Source of the DNA: Coniocarpon cinnabarinum
Taxonomy: Eukaryota
Reading direction: 5' to 3'
Length of the DNA: 46,416 nucleotides
NCBI GenBank assembly: GCA_051942205.1
Contig: JAVECO010000070.1
Coordinates: forward strand, 62,001 to 108,416
The translations under genes were made by a program, and so were the position numbers. Position 1 is the stretch's first letter; every line of letters starts with the position of its first letter. The notes beneath the pieces are model-generated. The model did not search any database. It saw only the letters and a list, made by a program, of their open reading frames with translations, and had not been told where the DNA came from. Below are positions 1-13,227 of this stretch, one piece after another.

Positions 1-294
1 GGCGTTATTGAATGTGATGAAAGCTGCGTTGAATAGTCGAACCTGGGTAACACTGCAGGATATTCAAGATGGTGTAGTTGATTTGTCCTTGAATATGCAC
101 AACTCCATGGTCAAAGGGATACTTCGTCGAGCATAACTCAGACGACGGACGAAGTGAAAAAAGTTCTTGCGCGCAGTTTCATCCTCATTTGTAAAGGCGA
201 CAGATCGCTTAAGTCACAGGTAAAGAAACAATTGAAACATGACGGCGTACTGCGAGGCCGGCGTAGACTCATCAATTGCAAATTGAAGCAGTAG
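1..294 (+). CDS. Probable 3' end of an unidentified gene entering from the left edge
   Basis: Frame open from position 2 (ALLNVMKAALNSRTWVTLQDIQDG). A candidate intron 74-141 (GTAGTT...GCATAAC...TCAG) joins it in phase to TTDEVKKVLARSFILICKGDRSLKSQVKKQLKHDGVLRGRRRLINCKLKQ*, TAG 292-294. No family recognised. Confidence 0.35.
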
Positions 295-359
295 TCGTGA
301 TCTAGAATACTTACAGACAATGCCATAATTTACGGCGCCACGTCTCAATCCCAGCATAA

Positions 360-2760
360 TCATGCCAACGCACCCATTGGATCCCACAGCGGTAGCACCG
401 TAGGCTCCTGATCGAGCACTGCCCGAGTCTCCTTGCTAACAAAGTTGGGATCGACCACGACCTGGTAAACGAACTCGTCCATCCACTCGTCGCTCATGAC
501 AAAATAACCCTTGTCACCTGCGTTCTCACTCCAGCTGTTTTCCACGCGCCATCGTGTGCTGTAGCGTTGGTTGTTGGAGCCTTTCTCAACTTGCACGCCT
601 AGAGTCATGCTCGTTAGCCCAAACAGCACAAAGACCTCGAATGAGCTCGAACTGAAGGAGTGCAAAATTCGCTCCGGTTTACACGAAGGAAGGGGCACAG
701 GTCAAAGCTGTGGACTCACCTGTTAGTACCATGGCATGCGTCATGGCCGATTCGCCTGTCCGTAAACGCTCTGATTTGCTCATGCCGAGGCGGACATTGA
801 AACCGAGCTCGAAGTCATACAGAGACGTGTCCATGATGCCCTATACCTCATTATTAGCTCTGGATCATAGATGGAGCATCTCTAAGCGTGCACATACTTG
901 TCTGCTGTCGCTGTACTTGCCAACATCGCTGCCAAAGAACACCGGAATGCCAGCTTGCAGGCTACACACAAAGTTAGCATGAGTCTCGATGTCAACATGC
1001 AATGTTGGCACGCATGATCAATGAGCATGACTAAAGCGTATTCCGCTGGACTCACGTTTTGATTGCCGCAGCTTTCATGTCTTGCATGCTGACGTTTACG
1101 TATCGGATTGGTAGACCACCGTAGACATTTCCTAGCCGATCGACAGTGAGAAGCGTGTTGTACGCATGGCGAGGATCGTTGACAAGCGAGAACAGGCGGT
1201 GCACGTCTGTGCCTGCGAACGCGCGTACGACGGAAGACGCAGCTAGAGAAGAAGCGAAAGCCATTGGCGTTGTTGTGAGTTTCTGGTACTTGTTGTCCTT
1301 GTCCGTGTACTCCCAGGTGAAGTCGTCTTGAGGAGACGGGGGTGGGCCCAGCATCAGAATGAGGATTTGGTGGATTTCTCGAAGCATTGCAGTCTTCGCC
1401 GCAGCAAGTGACGAGCTTGATGGCCTTTCGTCCTTTTCACTGGCAGCATGCTCTGACTTTGCAAGCGATCTGAGTCGCACTGCGTCTTCACGGAGCTTCG
1501 TTGTGATGAGACTGGACATGATCGAAGAGTTCTCGGCGTTGAATGCGTCAGGATAGAGATCGTGCGGCACGAGACCATACTTCTGAACGAGATTGGCTAC
1601 CATGTCCCACTGACCGCCATCTCCTACTGGCGAGGCCATCAAAGCTTTGAGTAGACGTCCATCTAGTGGCTCATCAATAGTGTCCAGAACAGATTCAAGG
1701 AAGTAGTTGGCCTTCTCTAGCTTGTCCCAGAAAAAGAGGTATGCTTGACTGAGCTGGAATTCGCTGAGGTTGTATCGCTTCATGAGAGGTATTCTGAAGA
1801 CGTTTGTAGAGGCGAAAAGCCAGCAACCTTCAGGTGCAGTCATCAGCAAGATGTCACTGCCATACGAAGGGTCTTGGACTTACGACCAGATGCCTTCTGG
1901 TTTGTAATTGGCGAGCCTTCAACGGGAATGTGAATGTCGAAGGTCTGTGGATGGGTGACTTTGGATGCATTGTTGGAGATGATGTTCCTCGCAGACTGTT
2001 GCTAGCTATAAGTATCAAGTATCCTCCACTTCGTTTCGTCGATAGGCATACATTGTTCGTGAAAGCGCTCATTGCTAGGCGGTTCTTTGGCTCTCCTGTG
2101 GAGCTTTCCATTAGCCTAATGTCCTTGGAACGCAACATCTGTGGGCCGCTCTTCTTGAGTCCCGCACCGTAATGATGGCGACGGTACAAGGCGGATTCGA
2201 TTCATCGTGGGGCCTCGATTGCTTACTCAATAACGTGTCCTGCCACTGCGAAGCCTGGGCGACTGATACATCATGACCCATTGGCTGCACGACGTTTGCG
2301 TATGGTGGCGGCGGTAGGTCCTCGCGTGGTACCATGACATATTCATTCTCATTAACTCTGCCGCCGCGTTGCCGCCTGAGCTTTTCAAGCTCCATTGCCC
2401 GCAGTCTGTCAATGATCTGCTGATTGAGCTCTTGCGTCGCCGATTGCGCGGTCAGCTGCGGTGCGGACTGTGAGACGCCTGAGAAGAACTTGTTAGCCAG
2501 GGTGAAGAGTGAGTAGCAAGCAATGCTGAGAACCGGGTGGGAGTATAGCGGTCTCGCCTGAGACCCTGAAGAGGGGATACTGGACGCCAGGGAAACATCC
2601 AACGTCTCTAGTTGCTTGCGCGAATAACACAGCTAGCCTGCGGCAAGACTTTAATCAAGTTCTTGCTCGAGATGATCAAAGGTACTGGTTGCAAGTAGTC
2701 TTAAAGGTCCCTCAAACGCTGCTCCAAGTCATGCCATGACGTGGAAATAAACCTACCCAT
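360..2760 (-). CDS. LAP3: Bleomycin hydrolase / cysteine aminopeptidase (peptidase C1B), 8 exons
   Basis: Spliced model: exons 2760-2757, 2478-2227, 2095-2052, ~2001-1884, 1827-1056, 961-898, 840-720, 598-360, all with GT/AG ends in consistent phase. Catalytic motifs NQKASGRCWLFA (Cys), MTHAMVLT (His), RWRVENSW (Asn) and the family C-terminus LWDPMGALA. The first micro-exon is inferred. Confidence 0.93.
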
Positions 2761-3350
2761 ATTCAATGAACGTAAGGTGTACACAACTGAAACGACAGCA
2801 AAGCTCGTCGTGGCAATCGAGTCGTAATGAGTGAGCAATGGAGTGGACTGGAGGACTGAGCGAGACGATTTCTACAGACCTATCTATCTTGTACGACCCG
2901 CCACCGAAACAGGTACGCGTGATCGGGCAAGGACGAGCTTGGACCCTGTCGGCGATAAGGGTCCCACGCACGCCTCGGTACTCTGTGGGGTTGGGGGCTA
3001 GCGCGTCACGACACCGATCACAAGCAGCCCAAGCGCTTGTCTTGTGATGCTTGAAATGTTCTCGATGCTTTCCTTCTCATCAAGAGATCTCCAATTAGAA
3101 GCTTGGTACTCCCTGCAATCAAGTAAGCACATCGAAGGAAAGCAGATGCGAGCAGTCCAAGGCAGACAGCATCCGCGAGCTATTGTGTCCTCGCGTGCTC
3201 TATAGAACATTTTCCATACTGCTCTGATTGATGAAAATGTGCATAGAATGCTAAGGTTGTACGAGAATCTGGAAGAGTATGCAGATCCTTATCTTTTCAT
3301 GTGTGGCTACTCGGGCCCCATCTTTTTCTCATCCACGTGCGACCGCTGAA

Positions 3351-3923
3351 TCACCCTTCCACACTGTCCCTGACACACTTCCGACATCGCCTCCGGAACT
3401 CTTTCGGATCCTCTCTCCACAGCCGCGCCGCCTCCACATTGGCCGGACTCTCATCATTCGGGCTGCTCAGCATGCTGATCACACTGAGTAATATCGTCTC
3501 AGGCGTCTGCACGGGACTCCATCGCTCATTGAGCGCTTCGTATCCATACTCGTCTTCTGTCGGCGGATGCAGTATCGAGATGCAGACACTGCCGTCAGGA
3601 TAGATGTTTGGATGAAAGATGGGCGTCTCGAACTTCATCTTTGGCGGCATGTGTGGGTAGTCAGAGGGGAAATGGAGCGTGCTGCGAAAGAAGCCGCCTG
3701 GGTTGTCGTTAGCAGCGTGACGATAATGGAGCTTATGAAAGCTGTCTCACGCACCGCCGTAGTATTTGCAGTCTTCATTAATCATGAGCATGACTTCCCA
3801 TACAAAGACGTTGCTGTCGTTGGCGAGACCGCAACTTATGCCTGATATGCCCTTGTCTGTTTGCATTTGCTTGAGCTGGCGGCCGAGCATGCCTGCTGCT
3901 GCTGAGGGGCTGGCCGAAGCCAT
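3351..3923 (-). CDS. Ubiquitin-conjugating enzyme E2 with acidic loop (Ubc15/UBE2G1-like; Ubc7/Cdc34 family)
   Basis: Exons 3923-3755 and 3697-3351, intron 3754-3698 (GTGCGT...GCTAAC...CAG). HPNIYPDGSVCISILH active site, acidic insertion PPTEDEYGYE, and ERWSPVQTPETILLSVISML. Confidence 0.92.
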
Positions 3924-4700
3924 TTTGAGAAGTCGTAGCAATGCCTCGTTGCTGGTCCAGAAGATATTACAATTGCCTGCTATTTGTGCTTCTCTCTTCA
4001 ACACACGACCTCTTCGAGTCTCTTAGTGCGGGGCCCTCGTCCGCAATATAGCGTCAGCGAAGATCAGACCAGCTAGCACAGGCGCTGGCTGCAAGGAAAC
4101 AGTCTGCTCCGCCGCTCTGTATGAATACCTAGACGAGTGGGATACAAGATGACAATCAGACGGTCGCTGGAGGGTCAGAACGAAAGTATGCTCAAGTCCA
4201 AGCTATCAACGTAGGTTCGCTCAGCGACGCCACAACTCGGTATCTCCTCGTATGGCCGAAACCATCGCCTGTTGCGGTCTAGCGTCATCTGCTCACCTCC
4301 TATCCATAATTTGCTCATCAATCTGTGCTTGTATCCTCCGCGCAACTAAAAAAATAGCTATAAAACGCTCACGAGACAATAAGTCTCATTATTGCTGCAT
4401 CTCAATGTCTCATAGAAGCAATTATGCTAGGTCTCGAATGATGATAAACGTCGTCATTAATCTCTTTGCGAGGTCTGTTCTCCGAGTCTTGAAAGCCCCA
4501 CCAGCTACGCCTCAAGTCGCCGCAGGACAAGCATTAACATGCCTGATGTGATAACAGTCTCAAAGTAATGTCGTTTCTATTGTTTCCTTGCTTCTTTCGT
4601 CTGTCCTCAAACATCTCTGATTCTCCCGTTTTGCTCCACCAAGTTTCCCAAGACTGTAGGATAGGTCGCGGATAGCTTCAAACCCCTTTGCACAGCAATC

Positions 4701-5879
4701 ATGAACGTCGTAGACATAGACTTCGGCACCGTACTGCTAATAGGCGTAAGACATATCCTACCACTCATAATCCAACAAATACATTAATTGAAACAACAGG
4801 GCTGCGGCTTCCTCGGCTACAACACCGTCATCGACCTCATCGAAAAGACCAAAGCCGCCAAAGCCTCCAACGTCCACATCTTCGATCTCAAAACAATCAA
4901 AGACCATCCCTTCTACAGCCCTCAGATTCCCAAGGAAAACTACCACCAAGGCGACATTTGCGATCCCGTCAGGTTGGAATGCGTTCTCGAGCAGGTCAAA
5001 CCGGTCGTCATTTTCGACCTTGTCTCACCACCCATGTTCGAGCTCAAGCTTCGCGACTACATGCGCGTCAACGTACACGCCCGTTCTCAACTCCTCGATT
5101 TTGCCAAGAGCGTAGGAACTAAAGCTTTCGTCTATAACTCCTCAGCCGGCGTGGTTCACGACTCCCACTCCGACCTCGTCAACGCGGATGAGTCCCTCCC
5201 TGTGCTATACATGCCCCAGCAACGCGAGCCCTACAGCCACAGCAAAGCCGTCGCCGAAACACTGGTGCTGAACGCAAACGGCAACGCGCGAAAAGGCGAG
5301 ATGCTAACCGCTTCCATCCGGTTGTGTAGTCCCTTCGGCGCCCACCACGCCGAAACAACAAAAGCAATCGTCGAGAACGCACGACAGGGGAAATTGCGCT
5401 TCCAAATCGGCGACGGAAGCAATCTAAGTGACTGGGCATACGTCTCCAACGGCGTCCGCAGCTATTTACTAGCAGCACAAGCCCTCCTCAAATCCCACGG
5501 ACGGAAGACCCAAACACCAGAGGGCGACCGCGTCGACGGCGAAGCTTTCTTCGTCACGAATGGGGAACCGATTCGCTTCTGGGAGTTTGCGAGAGGTTTG
5601 GGCACTGCGGCCGGGTTTCCGACACCTGTCGAGGAAATTCGTGTCATTCCACGGTCTGTAGGGATGTTTATGGCATTTGTCTCGGAGTGGGTGACGTGGA
5701 TTTGCTCGTTTGGGAGGAGACGAGCGGCGTTTACACGACATGGGGTTAGATATGGGACTATTACGCGATATCATTGTATTGAGAAGGCGAGGCAGCGCTT
5801 GAAGTATGATCCGGTTGTGAGCCTGGAAGAGGGGATGTGGAGGGCGACGGCGTCGTACAGAAAGAAGTCCACTGAGTAG
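4701..5879 (+). CDS. 3-beta-hydroxysteroid dehydrogenase / C-3 sterol dehydrogenase (ERG26/NSDHL-like extended SDR)
   Basis: Exon 4701-4745 (MNVVDIDFGTVLLIG), intron 4746-4799, exon 4800-5879. Splicing restores the Rossmann motif GGCGFLG. Also SSAGVV, catalytic YSHSK (YxxxK), QIGDGSNLSDWAYV, GEAFFVTNGEP. It looks divergent and may be a paralog rather than the main ERG26. Confidence 0.85.
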
Positions 5880-6061
5880 TGAGGCGGATGAAGTCACTTC
5901 AAAGTGAATAATAGCCATACCATAAGGAGCGCCTTTTCGTCGATAGGAGTGAGGCAGGGCATCGAGGAGTATCTTCAGCCTCATCAGAGCAGTCAAGCGT
6001 CTAGGTGTAGTCTAACCAGTTGGTCTACGCCCTGAAGACCATATTCATCCTCATCATCACC

Positions 6062-8434
6062 TCAAGCTTCTGGTCCACTTCCCAGCACCGTAATCCTGCC
6101 CTCAACACGCGGACTAATCGCCTTCGTCCACCCCATCTCCACCTGAAACTCTTCAGAGACCTCAGCATGCGGTCCACTGATGCCCGGATGTCCCTGCAAC
6201 CCCGCAAGCCGAAACCACTTCCGCAAGACCTTACGCATAATCATGAACTCTCTGTCCCGTCTGTCACCCACCGACGGCGTCTGATGCAAAGTATTATCGC
6301 CTTCGTCCTCTGAATCATCCGGGTTATGACTCGTCGGTGACGCATTCTGCGCGCCAAACGGATTCGCGAAATCCAGCGGCCCGCCTTTAGCCGCTTGCGA
6401 GGCAGCAGCAGGAACCGGCTTGCCACTCTTGGGCGAGACGATCATGGTGATAGCGCTGGGCCGTCGCGGCTCCTGCACGGGATGACACGCATGGAGCTTG
6501 TCATGAATACGGTCTTCGAAGTGCTTGTGCACGGAGTGCAGTCCTCGTCCCCATCGGCCCAGGATTTTGAGGCTCAAGAAGTACTGACGTAGAAGCATGG
6601 AGAGGAGGATGCCATTTTCGTCCGAGATGAGCTCTTCGGCGGTGCCGCCTTCGGACGTTGGCATCAGAGATGTGAAGCCATCTTTGCCGCGCGCCATATA
6701 GTCCCGTGTTGTCATCGTGTAGAGTTTGTTTGCATCATAAGGCTTGCCGGCGATGCTCAATTTGTGTACGCGCTTATGGGGTAGGGCTTTTGGATCGAAC
6801 GAGAAGGTGATGTTTGATACTTGGGGGAAGCGACCCTCTGTAGTTACTCTTAGCGTTAGGAACATTGACAGACGAGATACTCACCAAGCACTGGATACGT
6901 CGAGACGCTATTCTCGACTGCTTCCAAGATAGCTTTGCCACTCAACTTGATAACTACACAAGGGTCCTCAAAGGGAAAGCAATTAAGGATGTCTTTGGCT
7001 CTTATCACACCGGCGGGGTATACTTGATCGCCACGTATCGTGCCACTAGCCATCAACGCGCAATCGGCTCCGTAGTAGAGGCGCATGAGGTCGGCCACGA
7101 AGTTTCCAATGTTTGATTCTTTGAGCCGAACTGTAGTGAACCGAGCATCCAGAGGAACAGATGTATACCCAATTGGTTTCTCGAGACGGGAGCGCAATCC
7201 TGATTCTATCTTTTCGACAAGCGCCGCAGCTTTAGGGTCTTCAGGGATACTCCGAACAATGTCGCGGCGAGTAATGTCAAAATCCCAACCACTTCTGTCC
7301 GCTTTTCGCCATGCCTTGATGTATGAAAGCTGTTTGAAGTCTGTGCCTGAGCGAAGGCAGTGTGTGCCATTGACGACACTGTGCCCGTAGAAGTGGTCAT
7401 GTCCCCCCAATATCATGTCAAGCATGCCCGGCGGTGTCTGCTTGGCAAGTTTGAGGTCGTTGGGTTCACGAGCGTGAGTGATGGCGATGACAATGTCGGC
7501 ACCATCGGCTCGCAACTGGGGTGCGAGTTCCTTAGCCGTAGCTGTAGCGGATTTGTAGACAATGTTGGGAGGCAAAGAGTTGATAGTGTCGAGCCATTCG
7601 CGCTCAACAAGACCGATGAGGCCAACCTTGATTCCGTTTGATGCCGTGAGAATGACCGTCTTCTTTGCATTGCCCATCGGCACATCTGGACCTAGCGCTG
7701 GATCTGTTACATTCGCGAGAAGCCACGGGAAGTCACATTTTGCAGCTAGGTGTTGAAACTGCTGGACTCCGAAGTCCAGGTCATGGTTCTGTATCAGGCT
7801 TCAGCGACGTCGCCAGGAACGTGTGGTTCGATATCGCATACATACACCAACGCACGCTACATCTGTCCTGAATGCTTTCAAGACATCCACCATATGTGAG
7901 CCTCTTCACCGTCAGCATTGCCCCGTGCAGCGAAAGCGGATTCAGAGCTCGTGGATGTTTCGAGGACGTGCATATGGCTACCGACGCATCGTTACTCGTT
8001 TTTTTAGGTTTCTGGTCGTTTACCCAGTCTCATAGACCGCACAGTGCATCGTCTGCAGTCTCGAATTCCATTTGACACCTAGGGGCAATGGGGAAGATCA
8101 ACACTCACCTTTGGTCACACTACTCTCCAGACTAGGGTTGAACGCATCTCCCGAGAAGAGCGTCATAAGTTTTGGCTCATCCTTGAAGCTGGCATCGTCA
8201 CGATAGTAATCACACACGCTTTGGAACCGTGCAATGCCTCCGACAGGTTCAGCAGAGGATGCATCAACGTGATAGACGTCATTGTAATGTCTGTATACTA
8301 CACGTCAACAGGTTCGTTTAATTCGTGCTGTCAGTGGGTGAGGCATACATGAAGCGAAGGTCAGGGGGTCCGGAACGACCACTTTGATGAGTTATGCTCT
8401 GTGATTCTGCCGGAATGGACGCATGAGAAGTCAT
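6062..8434 (-). CDS. 5'-nucleotidase family metallophosphoesterase (no signal peptide seen), 5 exons
   Basis: Exons 8434-8349, 8290-8109, 7901-7846, 7788-6885, 6837-6062. Motifs HYNDVYH, GDAFNPS, GNHDLDFG, LGGHDH and the 5'-NT C-domain ESNIGNFVAD...GTIRG...PFED...GRFPQVS. Confidence 0.9.
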
Positions 8435-8972
8435 TTTAAGTAATGGTGCTCAATGCATGGCGGCTCGAAGTGGTCTTCGTAGATCGAGAGCACCGAAACA
8501 AACGACAGTAGTGTACAACGGCGCAGACAGACGCAAGAATCTTGCTAGAGAGTACTTAGATGCACATGAATTACAGGGAAGGATGAAGCGCTCGTTTGAG
8601 CAAGACTCAAATCATTCAGATGGGTAGTGGGCAGGAGCATGATCGTCGGCTTGTGCGGAAGTCAGTGCCAGCTCTGGAAGTCGATCTAGACCTCGTGCTT
8701 CGTGCATCTACTTGACTCACACAAGGTCGAATTCACAACAAGTAGCCCTGTCTAGTCAACCGAGTTCGATTTACACTCTGATACGGAATTAAGGTCTGCA
8801 TTTATACATGCTTATTGCAAAGTAGTTCATATCATAGTTGTGGCAAGACGCGGCCTTAGGCCATGTCAGTGCGATGCTGTCGCAGGCCAAATACATAATT
8901 ATCATTACATCGTGAAACTTTTCAAATGCTGAGATCTCGCTCTGAATGCCAAAGAGCAATGCGTATATAGGG

Positions 8973-11028
8973 TCATCTCCGTGTCCCAACTGTATATCTT
9001 CTCTTCGTGTCTTCTGTGGGAGTTGTTGACCCCCACAGTCCTGGTGAGCTCTGTGACGTCGCTGACAACGGTGCCTCACCCAAAGAAAGCTGCCTGGTTT
9101 GCCGGCCATTATGCTCCGTTGCTCCTCCGATAGTATGATTTTTGACTGCCTCAGGGCTCTCCGCTGCTTCGTCTTCCACTACTCTATCTATAGTGGTCGC
9201 CCTGCTGCTCCACAGGCCACTTGATGTAGGCGTCGTAACTGATGGGGAGGGACTGAAATTTCTGGAAGAAAGCGATTTGACGTTCGTTCGGCGCATACTC
9301 CCTAATGAACTGTTCCTCGACCGCAGCGTTTCTACTTCCTTTGAAGAATTCGATCTATTTAGCATTGCTGCTACTGAACCCCGTCGACTTTGCTCAGGTA
9401 TGGCTGGCATGGCACCGGATTGCGCGAGTTGCGGGATGACAAGTGGATCCGGACCGGCTCTCAAATGCTCAGTGGATGCCATGAGCTTGAGGTCGTAGTC
9501 TTCAGAAAGTCCAATGTCGACAACTGAAGATCTCCTTCTCCGCCGAAATGACGCCGAGGAGTTGCGACGTCCATCGCTAGGTGATTGCGCAATCGCACCC
9601 CTGGGTTTGTGGACTGCCATGGTCAGAGAGCCCATTCCTACATCCATGAGTACAGGTTGATTGGTAAGCGCTCCAATCAAAGCATTACAGCCCGCACCAT
9701 GGGTCATGATAACGAGCGCAACGTCGGAGTCATCATCGGCAGACGTAGGATCGTCCATGAGCTTTTCCTCATCTTGCGGGTCAAAGTCGAGTCCTTTCTC
9801 TTTGTACCAGTTGATCATGTTGGCGAGTCCGCCTCGAAAGCGACGGTGCATCGCACCCCACTCTTCACCAAACGTGCCTCCATCTCCCCAGTTTTGCGGC
9901 TCGCGCATACTGTCCCAGGCAAAGTCTATCTCAATGCACGCATCACGTGCATGAGCGACATAACCAGATGGAATCGGCTCAGAAGACAGCAAAGCATACG
10001 TCGGGGTAGGGGGGATGTATCCTGAGTACTGATGTCCCGACCGAGCGGAAGTGCTTCTGGAAATCGAGGCCCCATCTTCATTCGAGCGCTGCGTATGGAG
10101 AGAGAGTCCTCCCGAGGCACTGCCTGGCATTACGCGAGCAAGCGCATCCATGCTTATTGTGGAAGATCGTGGTCTGTCATGACGAACAGGCTTGCCGTTC
10201 GCACCTCCACCAGGAAACTCGGTTACAGAGCCGTCGGGCTCAAAGATCTTAGCGCCTTGAAGCGGTTCGGCTGACTTCAGCAGCTCGGCTTTCGCGAGGG
10301 CGACCATCATGTTCGAGGGAGGCGGTGCGGTTGTGAAGTCGTAGTAGTCGGGCGATAGCCACTCCCCGAGGCATGCATCCACGCGAAAAACAGGCCGCGT
10401 GTAATCGACGCTCGCGTCCTCTTCAGCGCTGGATTGTGGCACGAGCTCGTTTGTGGCATTGCGTCCCAGGTATCTTTCTTCAAAGGCTTTCGAATCCAGC
10501 GTCTGAGCTCTAGAATGAGAGCTGAAGCCTTTGGGCGTATCGGGACTTTTGGGACGTGATTCGAGCCGCACCAGATTGCCATGGTACTGGGCCATCCCAG
10601 CACTGATGGCGATAGAGCTCTGAACGCATCGTAGAAAAGGCGACGAGTGAATGACCACTTTCGTCTTGCGTTTGATTTTCATGGGCTGAGGGAGCTGATC
10701 TCGACTAAGGCTGCGATGGGCACTGGAGGCATCAGATTGCCTGCGGCGGCGGGAGCGTTCCACATCGTCGGTCTGTGAATCGGCCCTCGACTGAAGAAGA
10801 GATGCGATCCTCGCACCTAGCGCGCGGGTTTGTGTCCATCCACCGTAGCTCAGAGGGGAGTCATAGGGGGTCTGCGAGTGAGCCTGCCACTCATCATCGG
10901 CAGCGTCGAGGCGGGCACCGTGTCTGCGGCGCGGGTTGTCAGCGACGAGAGACAGATGAGTTTCTGGGGCGCAATTTAACACAGAATGTAATACCTCGCC
11001 ACGATAATGACCGAAGGCGGCTTGCCCA
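8973..11028 (-). CDS. Histidine phosphatase superfamily (phosphoglycerate mutase-like) protein
   Basis: Exon 11028-10995 (MGKPPSVIIVAR), intron 10994-10924, exon 10923-8973. Splicing rebuilds the catalytic RHG motif. Also HSSPFLRCVQS, LGEW and VIMTHGAGCNALIGAL, with long Ser/Arg-rich insertions. Confidence 0.88.
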
Positions 11029-13227
11029 TATTCCCAAGGGCCAGGCCCAAATTAGCTGCCGGAAAAGGGCTGGGATCCGATAATTGTTACAGGTTGGGCA
11101 GCAAAAACGCCACATGCATACCAGCCACGTCACGGGCGCGTGCACTTCAAAGGATCGATACGACTCCGCATGACTGCGCAGTATGAAGAAAGTGCCGAGT
11201 CGGGCCTCTCACGATGCTGGCGACGGCAGTGTGATGCGAAAGGGCTTTGTACATTTCGTGTTTGAGGTCGACTCCAAGTTAAGAAGCAGACGAAAGAGCT
11301 ACATGGTACGGAGCTTTCAAGGACCGAGTAGTATGGCCGCCCCGTGTCCGCAAGCTTTTGAGTGTCTTCGAAGCACACCATTCAGATACGGACAAATAGA
11401 TCTCGCGATTCCTCATCGAGTTGAAACACGAGGCTTAATGTACCTGTCAAATAGTATAGATGTTATCACCTTGTATCTGAGTGGATCTCCAGTGTCTTCA
11501 TCGGAAAATACATGGGTGATAACGAGGCGGCCCATCTTTCATGACGAGACTGGGACACCCACGGTCATGCCTCCGATAATGTCCTGTTGCGAAAAGAGTG
11601 AGCCCCTCAATTATTGCCTTTGCCTGCAGTAATGTGTCTGTCGCACAAGTCTGATGTAGTAGCAGAATGATTTCTTCGGGTCTTACTTTTGCATGAGCTA
11701 GAAGGTATCCTCCGACCTGCCAAAGTGACGTGCAGGCAAAATGCATCCTGATAACGCCTGATCTTATATAGGTTTGGTTTGCAAGACGACTTCGCATGAG
11801 ATGTTGCCGATGCGAGCAAAGCAAAGTCTCAACGCTGCGAGTACGAGCTACGCTGTTCAAGCATTTGCGCACACCTTGAAAAATCAATGCAGGGAACTGC
11901 CAATTTTGTCGAGTGGATTTTCAAGCGAATTCGCGAATTGTGACAGGGGGATGGCTTAGCAAAGCAGCGATGATACAACTAGGCGTTGCTAACGACGGTC
12001 AACTCGTTAATTCGGGAGCTGTTGGTGGTATCACGTGTGCGACCAAACAATGTTGGAAACCAACAACGACAATCCTTGACAGTTGAGGGCCCCGGGCGAT
12101 ACGTCCACGTGGGCTTATGCTTTTGGGTCACAAACAGTGACAAAATGCCATTGGGAAACCAAGGGTGCGGCCAAACCACGATGGAAATAGCGTTCGAAGA
12201 TCTCTCTGCCCGAGAGTCAGATCTGACAAGCCCCACGTGCCGCTGACGACTTCTGAGACAGGGACACAGGATGAGGAGGATCTATTCCCAGAGTTTGATG
12301 AGCAACAAGCGGATCTTACCCCAACAAGAATGGCGCACATGGAAAGAGGTTCCGACTTCCGCCCAGTGAATGGGGCTGTCAATTTTCAATGGGTACTTCG
12401 TATCTGCAAAGTCACTTGGTTGCCGCAAACGACGAAGCAGTCGAATCCAGGCTGAATTGCACACATGCAAGCCCAGATTCAAGTCACCACGGCGAGCTGG
12501 CCGCTGGGTGCATTGTAGGTGGCCCCAGGTCTTGTCGAGCCAAGACTCAGACGCATGTGTCACAATCCCCGATAGCGTTGATGGCGATCACAATCCAACG
12601 GGCTGATCAATCATCCTCGCGTGCTGGCATCACGTCGAGGCGTGGTTGGCGGATGACTCTAGGCGGGGATGAGGGTGGGCCGGGTCCATGAATAGGCTCA
12701 CGCGAACGCCACAATTGACGGCTAAAGTGGCGTATGCAACGATGATCGACTTCGCAGCGTGCCAAACAGCAGACGTGGAGAGTTTGATTGAAGTCAGGCT
12801 ACGCACGAGAAGGCCCTCAACTTCGAGGACAGACGGAGAGGCCCTGAATTGCTCCTTTCGATCAACATGAAGAGATGGATTGGATGGGAGAGGGACAGCA
12901 ATGCCTGGAAGAGTCGAGGGCATGTCTCAGACAATGAGCCGCTCTGGCGAAGGAGCGGTTCCGCTGCTGGAGCAAGCCCGAGGGCTCACGCGATGCCCAG
13001 TCCGGCGGTGGGCGTGAGTGGAGGGAGTCGTGGGAGTGGTCGAGGGCGGGAAGAGACTGACCGCCGAGCCTATTCCGTACAGGTACCACCAACCTCATTC
13101 CCCGTGATCCCGCCACCCGCCCTGCCGTCCGGTGTGAGTTCGGCCCCAGCGTGCGCCTCCAGCCAATTGTCACCCACTCCTACACGCCGCACTCAGAGGT
13201 CCGAGAGAGACAACACTCCCGCTCAAA

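Noticed and set aside
7902..8108. TPP riboswitch in the structured 5'-nucleotidase intron
   Set aside because: Lacks the CTGAGA and downstream aptamer core motifs, and the gene is not thiamine-related.
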